Shown here piece by piece: positions 1-7,548 of a DNA stretch of 40,872 bases. Below the pieces are notes generated by a model. The model had not been told where the DNA came from. It was given only the letters and a program-made list of their open reading frames with translations, and did not search any database. The position numbers and the translations under genes are program-made. The DNA is from Bacteroidota bacterium (GTDB taxonomy: Bacteria > Bacteroidota > Ignavibacteria > SZUA-365): NCBI GenBank assembly GCA_016928515.1, contig JAFGKR010000208.1, positions 1 through 40,872 of the forward strand, read 5' to 3'. How positions within the stretch are numbered: position 1 is the first letter of the stretch; every line of letters begins with the position of its first letter.

Positions 1-799
1 ATGCGTGAATTCTCGTGCCACACATCTCTCCGATAGACGCCTGGCGCAGCTGTGCGGGCTTCCGGCCGTTGAGAATGCTGGCTTCCCTCGCTCCGGCTTC
101 GAGAGCGATCCGGCAGGACTCCAGCTTCGGAATCATTCCACCGGTGATGACCGTGTCCAGCATGCATTGCAGTTCATCGATGGTCATGTCGGTAATCAGA
201 CTCCCGGGATCATCGAGATCCCGCAAAACACCGTCCACATCCGTCAGCACCAGATAGTGATCCGCGCGCAATGCGCCGGCGAGATGGCCGGCGAACATGT
301 CGGCGTTGATATTATAGTCTTCCCCCTGTTCATCCGCGGCGATGCAGGTCACGACGGGGAGATAGTCCTCCTCGAGCAACATGCTCAACAGACGCGTATC
401 GATCGATGCCACATCCCCCACCTGTCCAATATCGATGGGGCGTCGTATCCCGTCCACATCTTCCGTATGCACACGCCGCACGGCGGTGACCATGCGACCG
501 TCCTTCCCGGAAAGACCGACCGCGCGCGCTCCCGCGGAATTGAACAATCCGACAAGCTCTCCGTTCACGCGTCCCTTCAATGCCATCTCCACGTAGCGCA
601 GCGCCTCTGGCGTCGTACGGCGGTGTCCTGCAATGAATTCCGACTCCACACCGGCCATATCGAGTGTCTCCTGAATGAAAGGGCCACCCCCGTGCACAAC
701 CACGACCCGCATGCCGCGTCTCCGCATCGCGATGATTTCCGCGACAATTGATCGGGTGAGCGCAGCATTGCGCATGGCATTGCCGCCGTACTTGAGCAA
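1..799 (-). CDS. argB: Acetylglutamate kinase (stop codon cut by window edge; start uncertain)
   Basis: Manual minus-strand translation, absent from the ORF track: LLLKYGGNAM...VVVHGGGP...GHRRTT...GLSGKDG...GQVG...NINAD...LTDVDG...ITGGMIPKL...LNGRKP...GTRIHA. Frame open to position 2. The nearest start codon before KYGG is TTG at 799. Confidence 0.93.
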   Translation of the reverse strand, partial: MLKYGGNAMRNAALTRSIVAEIIAMRRRGMRVVVVHGGGPFIQETLDMAGVESEFIAGHRRTTPEALRYVEMALKGRVNGELVGLFNSAGARAVGLSGKDGRMVTAVRRVHTEDVDGIRRPIDIGQVGDVASIDTRLLSMLLEEDYLPVVTCIAADEQGEDYNINADMFAGHLAGALRADHYLVLTDVDGVLRDLDDPGSLITDMTIDELQCMLDTVITGGMIPKLESCRIALEAGAREASILNGRKPAQLRQASIGEMCGTRIHA

Positions 800-919
800 A
801 AGAAGCCTGGAAGGATCGGATGTGCCGGAATATGTGGTGAGTTCAGTGATAACGGTGCAATATACAAAAAATCCCTGAAAGAGAAAATATGATGGTATTC
901 AATACATATTCCTATTGTA

Positions 920-3340
920 TTATCCTGTTTTATTCTTTCGTGGGAAGCGCAGCAGCAATGCGGCTGCGGCCGCGCCGGCATACAGAATCGACGCAGCGAG
1001 CAGCACGACGGAAAAGCCGAATTCCAGTGCGAGCAATGTGGCCAGACCGGTGCTGATAACGGAGAAGCAGCCGTTGACCGCCCAGGCCCAGGGGATGATA
1101 CCGGGCGACATGTCTCCGAGGATTCTGATACCGAGCGGAAACGGCATGCCCATGAGAAGTCCGGCGGGAAGTATCAGGAGTAGTCCGATCAGGACTTTCA
1201 TCATCGGGGAAGCGGCCACGGTGCTGGCGAGAAGAGCCTGCCATATGAATGCGCCGCTGCCGATCAGCAGGGCAATGGCGGTACACGTCAACACGAGCGC
1301 CCGCCACCCCGGCTGCAGGCGTTCGGAAAGCCGACTGCCAAATCCTGCAGAGAGCAGTAACGCGGTAATGACACCTGCGGCGGCATATACGGGATTCCCG
1401 AAATACAGGACGAAAGCATGCAACAACAGAATCTCGACGAAGAAAAATCCCGTCCCGATCGTCGCGAAATGCAGAAATGCCCAACCACGCCTCTTTCCAC
1501 GCATGCGACGCGGGAGGAGCGGGACGATAATGAACACGATCGAGAGCAGAATGACCGTCGCCACTGTCGCAAGCACGGTGACCGAACCGAGCTCCATTGC
1601 GGGGATCCCCGCCCGGCCGGCATCCTCTCCGATCACTCGCAGGGAAGCAGGGGTCAGGAACTGCGAAAAAAACGGACGATCATCCGTAGCCGGTGCGATG
1701 CGGAACGGGTACGATTCGATATATGCGTCCCGACCGGATCCGAGCAGGGTCTCCAGTGTGCGAAAGAATCCCTTTTCTCCCATCCCGTGATAACGAGCGG
1801 TTTCCTCCGGACGGAGGTCGGGCAGAAGAGCCGGATCGAACTGCAACCGCTCGCAGAATTCGCGCGTGCGAACCGCATGTTCTCCGGTCACGGGGAATCG
1901 AGTCACCACAAACGTCAGCATACCCCAGCCGCGCACAGCGATCAGATGGTGACGCGGGGAAAAACCGACGCGTTCGAGCATTGTCGCGAGAGTGGCGCAA
2001 AGCCGCAGGGGACTGCGCCAGGGATAATCCATCCATACGGTGACTTCGATCCGTCCCCGGGGAGAGAGACGCTGCCACATCGCTTCGAACGCCTCGACGG
2101 TGAGCGTATATTCCTCCTGCAATGCGTGCAGGCCCGCACTGCCGCCCATGGACTCAACCACCGGGTGGACAATCAGATCATATCTCCCTTCCGATGCCAG
2201 AACACTGCGTGCATCGCGTGGGAGCATGCGCACCCCTGGATGGTGAAATAGCGAGTCCGTCATTCGTGCCAGTGATCCGTATAAAAGCGACCGCAGTCGT
2301 GCGTCCGGCTGCAGCGCCGTGACCAGGGCTGCTCCCCTGTCCACTGCCTGTGCCACCTCCTCACCGGCGCCGGCTTCCAGCACGAGCACGCGCTCCGCTC
2401 GACCGAGCGCGTAGGGAAGGGCTCGGGTGGTCCAATCCAGAAGAACCGACGCTCCTTCTTCAGGATGCTTCTCCGATGATTTCCCCGTCAGGACCCCGAG
2501 CATGTTGCCGTCGCGAAACAGGGCATCCCGCGCAGGGATACTTCCCCTGTATGTCAGACTGAGGCCAGGGGCGTGCCGAAGTGCAGGGGCGCGCACGACG
2601 TGCAGCATCCCTGCGGGACTGTTCGCCTCCAGCAGAACTTCCGCGTCCGGAAGATCCAGCGTCCGCGAAAGACTTTTATATTCGGAGATTTTTGCATCCG
2701 GTTGCAGCACAATGGAGAGCAGGCAGAGCAGCAGAGCCATCGCGGGAATCAGCACGCTCCCGCGTGGTGAGGAGGGAAGCAGAAATGCAGACGCAAGCAC
2801 GGCAAGCAGAGCAACACCGGAGGGGATGTGCTCGGGAGAGAGAAGCCACGGCAGCAGCAGGGCAAGGATTCCGCCTGCGGCGGAACCGGCGAGATTGCTC
2901 CGGTACAGACTGCCGATGTGTTGCGGCCAAGTGGCGAAGGCCAACACGAGCACCAGTGCTCCCGGAACGAACGGGAGAAACAGCAGGATACAGGTGCCGA
3001 GGAGGCGCCCGACGTGCCGGGTATCCGTAAACAGGAGAAATGGATCGAATCCGGAGGACGTCAGCAGTGCCGCGCCGGTCGTGAGAATCATCAGCACGGC
3101 ACACAGGGATGCCAGCGCAGGGAACAGCGACGTACGGGCGGCGAGCATGCGATCCCGCAACAATGCGAAGATGCTTCCCGATGCGCCAAAGCCCATCAGT
3201 GCTATGGAGATGACCAGATACGCGTAATGATGCCACTGCACCAGGCCGAACAGCTGCATCAGTGCCAGCTGAAAGGCGAGCAATGAAGCGGAGAGAGCCG
3301 CAATCGCGACATGGGTACGCAGGGTCGGACTGGCATCCAT
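920..3340 (-). CDS. Membrane-embedded spermidine-synthase-like / class I SAM-dependent methyltransferase (fused MFS-like type)
   Basis: About 7 N-terminal TM segments, a central domain with VLVLEAGAGEEV and YDLIV motifs plus PATDDRPFF, and about 7 C-terminal TMs with GMPFPLG and WAWAVNG. ATG at 3340 lies 16 nt after the pcm stop (ORF track starts at 3382). Confidence 0.75.
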   Translation of the reverse strand: MDASPTLRTHVAIAALSASLLAFQLALMQLFGLVQWHHYAYLVISIALMGFGASGSIFALLRDRMLAARTSLFPALASLCAVLMILTTGAALLTSSGFDPFLLFTDTRHVGRLLGTCILLFLPFVPGALVLVLAFATWPQHIGSLYRSNLAGSAAGGILALLLPWLLSPEHIPSGVALLAVLASAFLLPSSPRGSVLIPAMALLLCLLSIVLQPDAKISEYKSLSRTLDLPDAEVLLEANSPAGMLHVVRAPALRHAPGLSLTYRGSIPARDALFRDGNMLGVLTGKSSEKHPEEGASVLLDWTTRALPYALGRAERVLVLEAGAGEEVAQAVDRGAALVTALQPDARLRSLLYGSLARMTDSLFHHPGVRMLPRDARSVLASEGRYDLIVHPVVESMGGSAGLHALQEEYTLTVEAFEAMWQRLSPRGRIEVTVWMDYPWRSPLRLCATLATMLERVGFSPRHHLIAVRGWGMLTFVVTRFPVTGEHAVRTREFCERLQFDPALLPDLRPEETARYHGMGEKGFFRTLETLLGSGRDAYIESYPFRIAPATDDRPFFSQFLTPASLRVIGEDAGRAGIPAMELGSVTVLATVATVILLSIVFIIVPLLPRRMRGKRRGWAFLHFATIGTGFFFVEILLLHAFVLYFGNPVYAAAGVITALLLSAGFGSRLSERLQPGWRALVLTCTAIALLIGSGAFIWQALLASTVAASPMMKVLIGLLLILPAGLLMGMPFPLGIRILGDMSPGIIPWAWAVNGCFSVISTGLATLLALEFGFSVVLLAASILYAGAAAAALLLRFPRKNKTG

Positions 3341-3356
3341 ATGTTCCGCCACCCGC

Positions 3357-4106
3357 TCAGTTGTCACGTGTAAAGGGGACAAAGCGCACGGGCATGAGCG
3401 TCCGGGTTCGTACCTCTCCGTTCCGTTTCTCGACGAGCATCAGGTACTGCGTCCGGAACGGCGATCCGACGGGGATGATCATGCTTCCGCCCTCCTTGAG
3501 TTGCTCCACGAGGGGTGGCGGGATATGCTCAGAAGCGGCGGTCACCACGATGGCATCGTACGGGCCGTGCTCCTTCCACCCATGATATCCGTCACCGTGC
3601 CGCACCGTGACGTTGCGATATCCAAGCGTCGAGAGTCGTTTTCTGGCGCGTTCCGCAAGCTCGCTGATGATTTCCACCGTGTACACGTGCTCGACCAGGG
3701 GAGACAGTACTGCTGCCTGGTAGCCGGTGCCGGTGCCGATTTCCAGGACTACATCATCTTTTTTCGGATCGATCACCTGCGTCATGTACGCGACGATGTA
3801 GGGCTGCGATATCGTCTGGCCGTGTCCGATCGGCAACGGCTGGTCGGCGTACGCCATCGCACGCATATCCTCGGGAACGAAGCGATGCCGCGGTACCGTG
3901 CGCATTGCCCGCAGCACTCCGGGATGATCCACACCGCGCGCAGCGAGCTGTCGTTTGACCATCAGCCGTCGCGCCTGTTGCATTGCATCATCATTCTGTG
4001 CGATCAATGGTGACCAAAACGCAAGGGAGAACAACAGGAGAGCTGCCGGCAGCAGCATGGACGACAGGATGGAAGCACCGCGCCTCCGGTCAGAGCTTGT
4101 CATCAT
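3357..4106 (-). CDS. pcm: Protein-L-isoaspartate(D-aspartate) O-methyltransferase with N-terminal signal-like segment
   Basis: VPRHRFVP, AYADQPLPIGHGQTISQPYIVA, VLEIGTGTGYQAA, GDGYHGW, PYDAIVVTAA, VRFVP. Start is uncertain (ATG at 4133, 4106, 4103 or 4058). The ORF-track start at 4238 abuts the tRNA promoter. Confidence 0.93.
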   Translation of the reverse strand: MMTSSDRRRGASILSSMLLPAALLLFSLAFWSPLIAQNDDAMQQARRLMVKRQLAARGVDHPGVLRAMRTVPRHRFVPEDMRAMAYADQPLPIGHGQTISQPYIVAYMTQVIDPKKDDVVLEIGTGTGYQAAVLSPLVEHVYTVEIISELAERARKRLSTLGYRNVTVRHGDGYHGWKEHGPYDAIVVTAASEHIPPPLVEQLKEGGSMIIPVGSPFRTQYLMLVEKRNGEVRTRTLMPVRFVPFTRDN

Positions 4107-4237
4107 CTTCAAGACATAGCGTCCGTGTTTCATGTCATACACCTGGCATCGTGTCCATATATCCTCGAAAAAATTGCGGTAAAAGGCAAGAGGAGCGCCG
4201 GATGACTCCCCATGGCAGCCGATGCACCCAAAATCCA

Positions 4238-4266
4238 TTGCATTTTGCCTGCATCGTTGCTATCTT
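4238..4266 (+). promoter_or_regulatory. sigma70-type promoter of tRNA-Cys
   Basis: TTGCAT (4238-4243), 17-nt spacer, TATCTT (4261-4266) preceded by TGn, 12 nt upstream of the tRNA. Confidence 0.7.
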
Positions 4267-4278
4267 GGATATCCCAAT

Positions 4279-4354
4279 GGCGACGTACCCAAGTGGCTAA
4301 GGGGACGCTCTGCAAAAGCGTTATTCATCGGTTCGAATCCGATCGTCGCCTCCA
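4279..4354 (+). tRNA. tRNA-Cys (GCA)
   Basis: Acceptor stem GGCGACG/CGTCGCC, anticodon arm ACGCT-CTGCAAA-AGCGT, T-loop GTTCGAATC, discriminator T plus encoded CCA. Confidence 0.97.
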
Positions 4355-4355
4355 G

Positions 4356-4385
4356 GCCGGGACTTCTCCTCCCGGCACTTTTTTT
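4356..4385 (+). terminator. Intrinsic terminator after tRNA-Cys
   Basis: GCCGGGA-7 nt loop-TCCCGGC followed by ACTTTTTTT. Confidence 0.8.
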
Positions 4386-4472
4386 CCCACGCTTCCACGC
4401 TTCCACCCTTCCACCCTTCCACGCTTCCACGCTTCCGCGCTTCCACGCTTCCACCCTTCCACGCTTCCACGC
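4385..4472. repeat. 8-bp tandem repeat, 11 units, consensus TTCCACGC (variants TTCCACCC, TTCCGCGC, TCCCACGC)
   Basis: Units read directly from the sequence, in register from 4385 to 4472. Confidence 0.95.
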
Positions 4473-4529
4473 ATTTCCCTCATTCCCCCCATTCCTGTAT
4501 TTTTAAGCTTTCATCATCACACGCCAGGC

Positions 4530-5231
4530 ATGCCCAAAACCCTCTCCATTATCATCCCCTGCTACAACGAAGAAGACACCATCCTCGAGCTGATCCGGCG
4601 TGTGGAGCGTGCGGACGTGGGGGAGGTGCGCAAGCAGCTTGTCATCGTTGATGACGGTTCGACGGACAGCACGGCGGAGCTCCTGCGAACGAAAGCCGCG
4701 CAGCACACTCTTCTCATCGGGGAAAAAAATCAGGGGAAGGGTGCAGCCATCCGTCGTGGACTCGAAGCGGTGACAGGCGACATCGTTATCATTCAGGATG
4801 CCGATCTGGAGTACAATCCCGATAATTATGCTGCACTGATCGCCCCGATTCTGGCAGGGAAGACACCGGTCGTCTACGGCTCGCGGGAGCGAAACGCACA
4901 GAACCGCCTGCATTCGGGAATGACGTACTACGCCGGGGGAAAATTCCTCTCGGCCGTGACGAACCTGCTCTACGGGTCCGAAATCACGGACGAACCGACC
5001 TGCTACAAAGTGTTCGATGCAGCACTGCTGAAAAGCCTTCCGCTGCAGTGCACCGGCTTCGAATTCTGTCCTGAAGTCACCGCCCGCGTGCTGCGTCGCG
5101 ACATCGTCATCGAGGAGGTACCGATCGACTATTTCCCCCGAAAGAAAAACGAGGGAAAGAAAATCCGCTGGCGAGACGGCATCGAGGCGGTCTGGACACT
5201 CATCCGCTACCGTTTCGCCCGGGAGGTCTGA
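4530..5231 (+). CDS. Glycosyltransferase family 2, DPM1-like (polyprenol-phosphate glycosyltransferase)
   Basis: LSIIIPCYNEE, IVDDGSTD, NQGKGAA, IQDADLEY, VYGSR, TCYK, FEFCPE, GKKIRWRDG. Real start is MPKTL at 4530; the ORF-track extension runs through the tRNA and the repeat. Confidence 0.9.
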   Translation: MPKTLSIIIPCYNEEDTILELIRRVERADVGEVRKQLVIVDDGSTDSTAELLRTKAAQHTLLIGEKNQGKGAAIRRGLEAVTGDIVIIQDADLEYNPDNYAALIAPILAGKTPVVYGSRERNAQNRLHSGMTYYAGGKFLSAVTNLLYGSEITDEPTCYKVFDAALLKSLPLQCTGFEFCPEVTARVLRRDIVIEEVPIDYFPRKKNEGKKIRWRDGIEAVWTLIRYRFAREV

Positions 5232-6529
5232 TGCCGAGCGAAGAGATGAATCTCCGACGAGGTCTGCGGCACGTCCTTGACCACCTGCATCCCACACGAA
5301 TCATTTTCGCCGCGATCGTCGTACGGCTGCTGTTCGGCCTGATCTGGATGCTGACCGTCAACATGCCGCCGGAGAATGTTCCGGTCTCCGGAGACACCTG
5401 GTTTCAGGCCGGAGCCGACGGATATCTGCAGATCGCGAGGACACTGATCGAGAGCGGCGAATATGCATTCATGCCAGGCGGTCCGCCGGTGCACAATCGT
5501 CCCCCGGTACAGGTGCTTCTTCTTCTCGTCTTCGGCGCCTGGTGGCCGGAGTACTGGTATCTTATCTGGATGGTCGGAAGCACGCTGCTCTCCCTGCTGA
5601 TGCTTTCCGGTCTGCACAGACTCACGAGAGAATTCTCCCTCTCCCCTCGACTCCGAAACGCCGTGCTCCTCTTCGCGGGATTTCACCCGTACCTGATTTT
5701 CATCAGCAAGACCACGACGTTCATCAATGCGGCCACACTGCTGCTGGTACTCGTGACGCTGTTCGTACTCCGGATCAGACACAGACCGCTTGTGGCTGCT
5801 CCATTCGCGGGACTGTTCATGGGCATCGGCGCGCTGACGCATGGGACATTCCTGTTGATGCCCCTGCTCGCCGCACCATACATCCTGACGCGTCAGAGGA
5901 TTTTGGCGATACGCCGTGTCGCCGCGACTGGATTGCTGATCATCTGTGCAGCGGCTGTGGTCGCGCCCTGGACGATGCGCAATATCCGGACCTTCGATCG
6001 TGCGATTCCCGTGGTGACCGGAAACGGCTATCATTACTGGAAGGGGGATGCCGTGTACTTCGGGGGGCACTATCCCATGGCGCGGCTGTATGAAGCGGAA
6101 ACCGGAAAGCCGTTTGAGGAAATGTATTATGGCGCGGTGGATCCGGATGCCGATGACGTGCTGTGGCGACTGGCGAAGGAGGATATGACAGTGCGTCCGG
6201 AACGCATTCCGCTGCGTCTGCTTATCGGGACCGGTGCATTTTTCGCACCATGGGACGGCGGACCGAAGAAGGCTGTTGTATCAGCCGTTCTCAATGTTCC
6301 TCTTCTGCTCCTGCTGTCCTATGGTTTCCTGCGAGCGCTGCGACGGAGACAGATCACAACCGAGCAGATTGCACTCACTGTTCTCCTCATCTACATCGTC
6401 GAAGCATTCGCCTTCTTCGTCTCCTGGGGATCGTATTTCACCATGCTCCTCCCACTGGCAATCCTGTTAGCGGCATCTCTCTTTGAAAACACGAAGACAC
6501 CGGGACCCGAAGACACGAAGGAAGTCTGA
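5231..6529 (+). CDS. Polytopic membrane glycosyltransferase, GT-C fold (ArnT/PMT-like)
   Basis: TGATG overlap with the GT2 gene. First loop DGYLQIARTL..G...RPP, multiple TMs, and a PWTMRN...GNGY motif typical of ArnT-like proteins. Confidence 0.65.
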   Translation: MPSEEMNLRRGLRHVLDHLHPTRIIFAAIVVRLLFGLIWMLTVNMPPENVPVSGDTWFQAGADGYLQIARTLIESGEYAFMPGGPPVHNRPPVQVLLLLVFGAWWPEYWYLIWMVGSTLLSLLMLSGLHRLTREFSLSPRLRNAVLLFAGFHPYLIFISKTTTFINAATLLLVLVTLFVLRIRHRPLVAAPFAGLFMGIGALTHGTFLLMPLLAAPYILTRQRILAIRRVAATGLLIICAAAVVAPWTMRNIRTFDRAIPVVTGNGYHYWKGDAVYFGGHYPMARLYEAETGKPFEEMYYGAVDPDADDVLWRLAKEDMTVRPERIPLRLLIGTGAFFAPWDGGPKKAVVSAVLNVPLLLLLSYGFLRALRRRQITTEQIALTVLLIYIVEAFAFFVSWGSYFTMLLPLAILLAASLFENTKTPGPEDTKEV

Positions 6530-6599
6530 GCACCATCCACCTTCGCTTCCCTCACGCACTTCAGCGTTCCTGTTCTGTTCGTGGCTCGTGTCGTTGTGC
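6490..6599. repeat. Degenerate 8-nt-periodic CACGAAGA repeat with a partial complementary arm between convergent genes
   Basis: CACGAAGA-CACCGGGA-CCCGAAGA-CACGAAGG at 6490-6521, and TTCGTGGCTCGTGTCGTTGTG at about 6578-6598. Confidence 0.4.
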
Positions 6600-6601
6600 C
6601 G

Positions 6602-7540
6602 TTACGATCCAAGTCTGTCTTTGAAATACGCCGCCGTGCGCCGGAGACCTTCTTGGCGGGCGATCTGCGGTTCCCACCCGAGAAGTGAGCGGGCGAGACT
6701 GATGTCCGGTTGCCGAACCTTGGGATCGTCTTCGGGCAGGTCCCGGTGGACAATACGGCTGTCACTTCCGAGGATGGAAATAATTTCCTCCGCCAATCCC
6801 AGCATGGTGATTTCGTTCGGATTGCCGATGTTGACCGGATCGCTGTAATCCGACATGAGGAGACGGTAAATGCCGTCCACAAGGTCAGATACATAGCAGA
6901 CGCTGCGGGTTTGCAGCCCGTCGCCGAACACGGTTACATCCTCCCCGCGGATGCCCTGTGACATGAATGCCGGTATTGCCCGTCCGTCATCGACACGCAT
7001 GCGCTCCCCGTAGGTGTTGAAGATGCGTACAATGCGTGTCTCGACGCTGTGATAGCGATGATACGCCATTGTCATGGCTTCCGCAAAGCGCTTCGCCTCG
7101 TCGTACACCCCGCGTGGTCCCACGGGATTGACATTTCCCCAGTAGCTCTCCACTTGTGGATGGATCTCCGGATCCCCGTAGACCTCGGATGTCGACGCAA
7201 GGAGGAAGCGTGCATTCTTCGCCTTCGCAAGTCCCAGAGTCTTGTGGGTTCCCAGTGAACCGACTTTCAACGTCTGTATCGGCAGTTTGAGATAATCGAT
7301 CGGACTCGCCGGCGAGGCGAAGTGCAGGATGTAATCGAGCCCGCCTTCGACATGGACGAACTCCGTGACATCATACTTGATGAAGCGGAAACCGGGGTGA
7401 CCGAACAGATGATCGATGTTGGCGAGATCGCCGGTGATGAGGTTATCCATGCACAGGACCTCATGGCCTTCGTGCAGGAGACGGTCGCAGAGATGGCTCC
7501 CGAGGAAGCCGGCTCCGCCGGTGATAAGGGTACGTGGCAT
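6602..7540 (-). CDS. UDP-glucuronate decarboxylase (UXS-like, extended SDR)
   Basis: [66 protein letters not shown] at 7540 has AGGAG upstream; the alternative GTG at 7552 overlaps the upstream stop. Confidence 0.9.
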   Translation of the reverse strand: MPRTLITGGAGFLGSHLCDRLLHEGHEVLCMDNLITGDLANIDHLFGHPGFRFIKYDVTEFVHVEGGLDYILHFASPASPIDYLKLPIQTLKVGSLGTHKTLGLAKAKNARFLLASTSEVYGDPEIHPQVESYWGNVNPVGPRGVYDEAKRFAEAMTMAYHRYHSVETRIVRIFNTYGERMRVDDGRAIPAFMSQGIRGEDVTVFGDGLQTRSVCYVSDLVDGIYRLLMSDYSDPVNIGNPNEITMLGLAEEIISILGSDSRIVHRDLPEDDPKVRQPDISLARSLLGWEPQIARQEGLRRTAAYFKDRLGS

Positions 7541-7548
7541 GTCAGCAA

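Noticed and set aside
5-751. 248-aa plus-strand ORF
   Set aside because: Antisense shadow of argB, which has all family motifs on the minus strand.
4385-4472. CRISPR array, or Chi-site cluster linked to the AddB-like gene
   Set aside because: No spacers and units only 8 bp. There is no evidence tying GCGTGGAA to recombination, and the AddB call is itself tentative.
4212-4529. N-terminal extension of GT2 with PRFHPSTL repeats (possible phase-variable coding repeat)
   Set aside because: It runs through the tRNA, its terminator and the VNTR. The GT2 fold starts at MPKTL (4530), so the repeat is non-coding.
4279-6601. Genomic island integrated at tRNA-Cys
   Set aside because: No integrase and no duplicated tRNA 3' end seen downstream; only the strand switch is suggestive.
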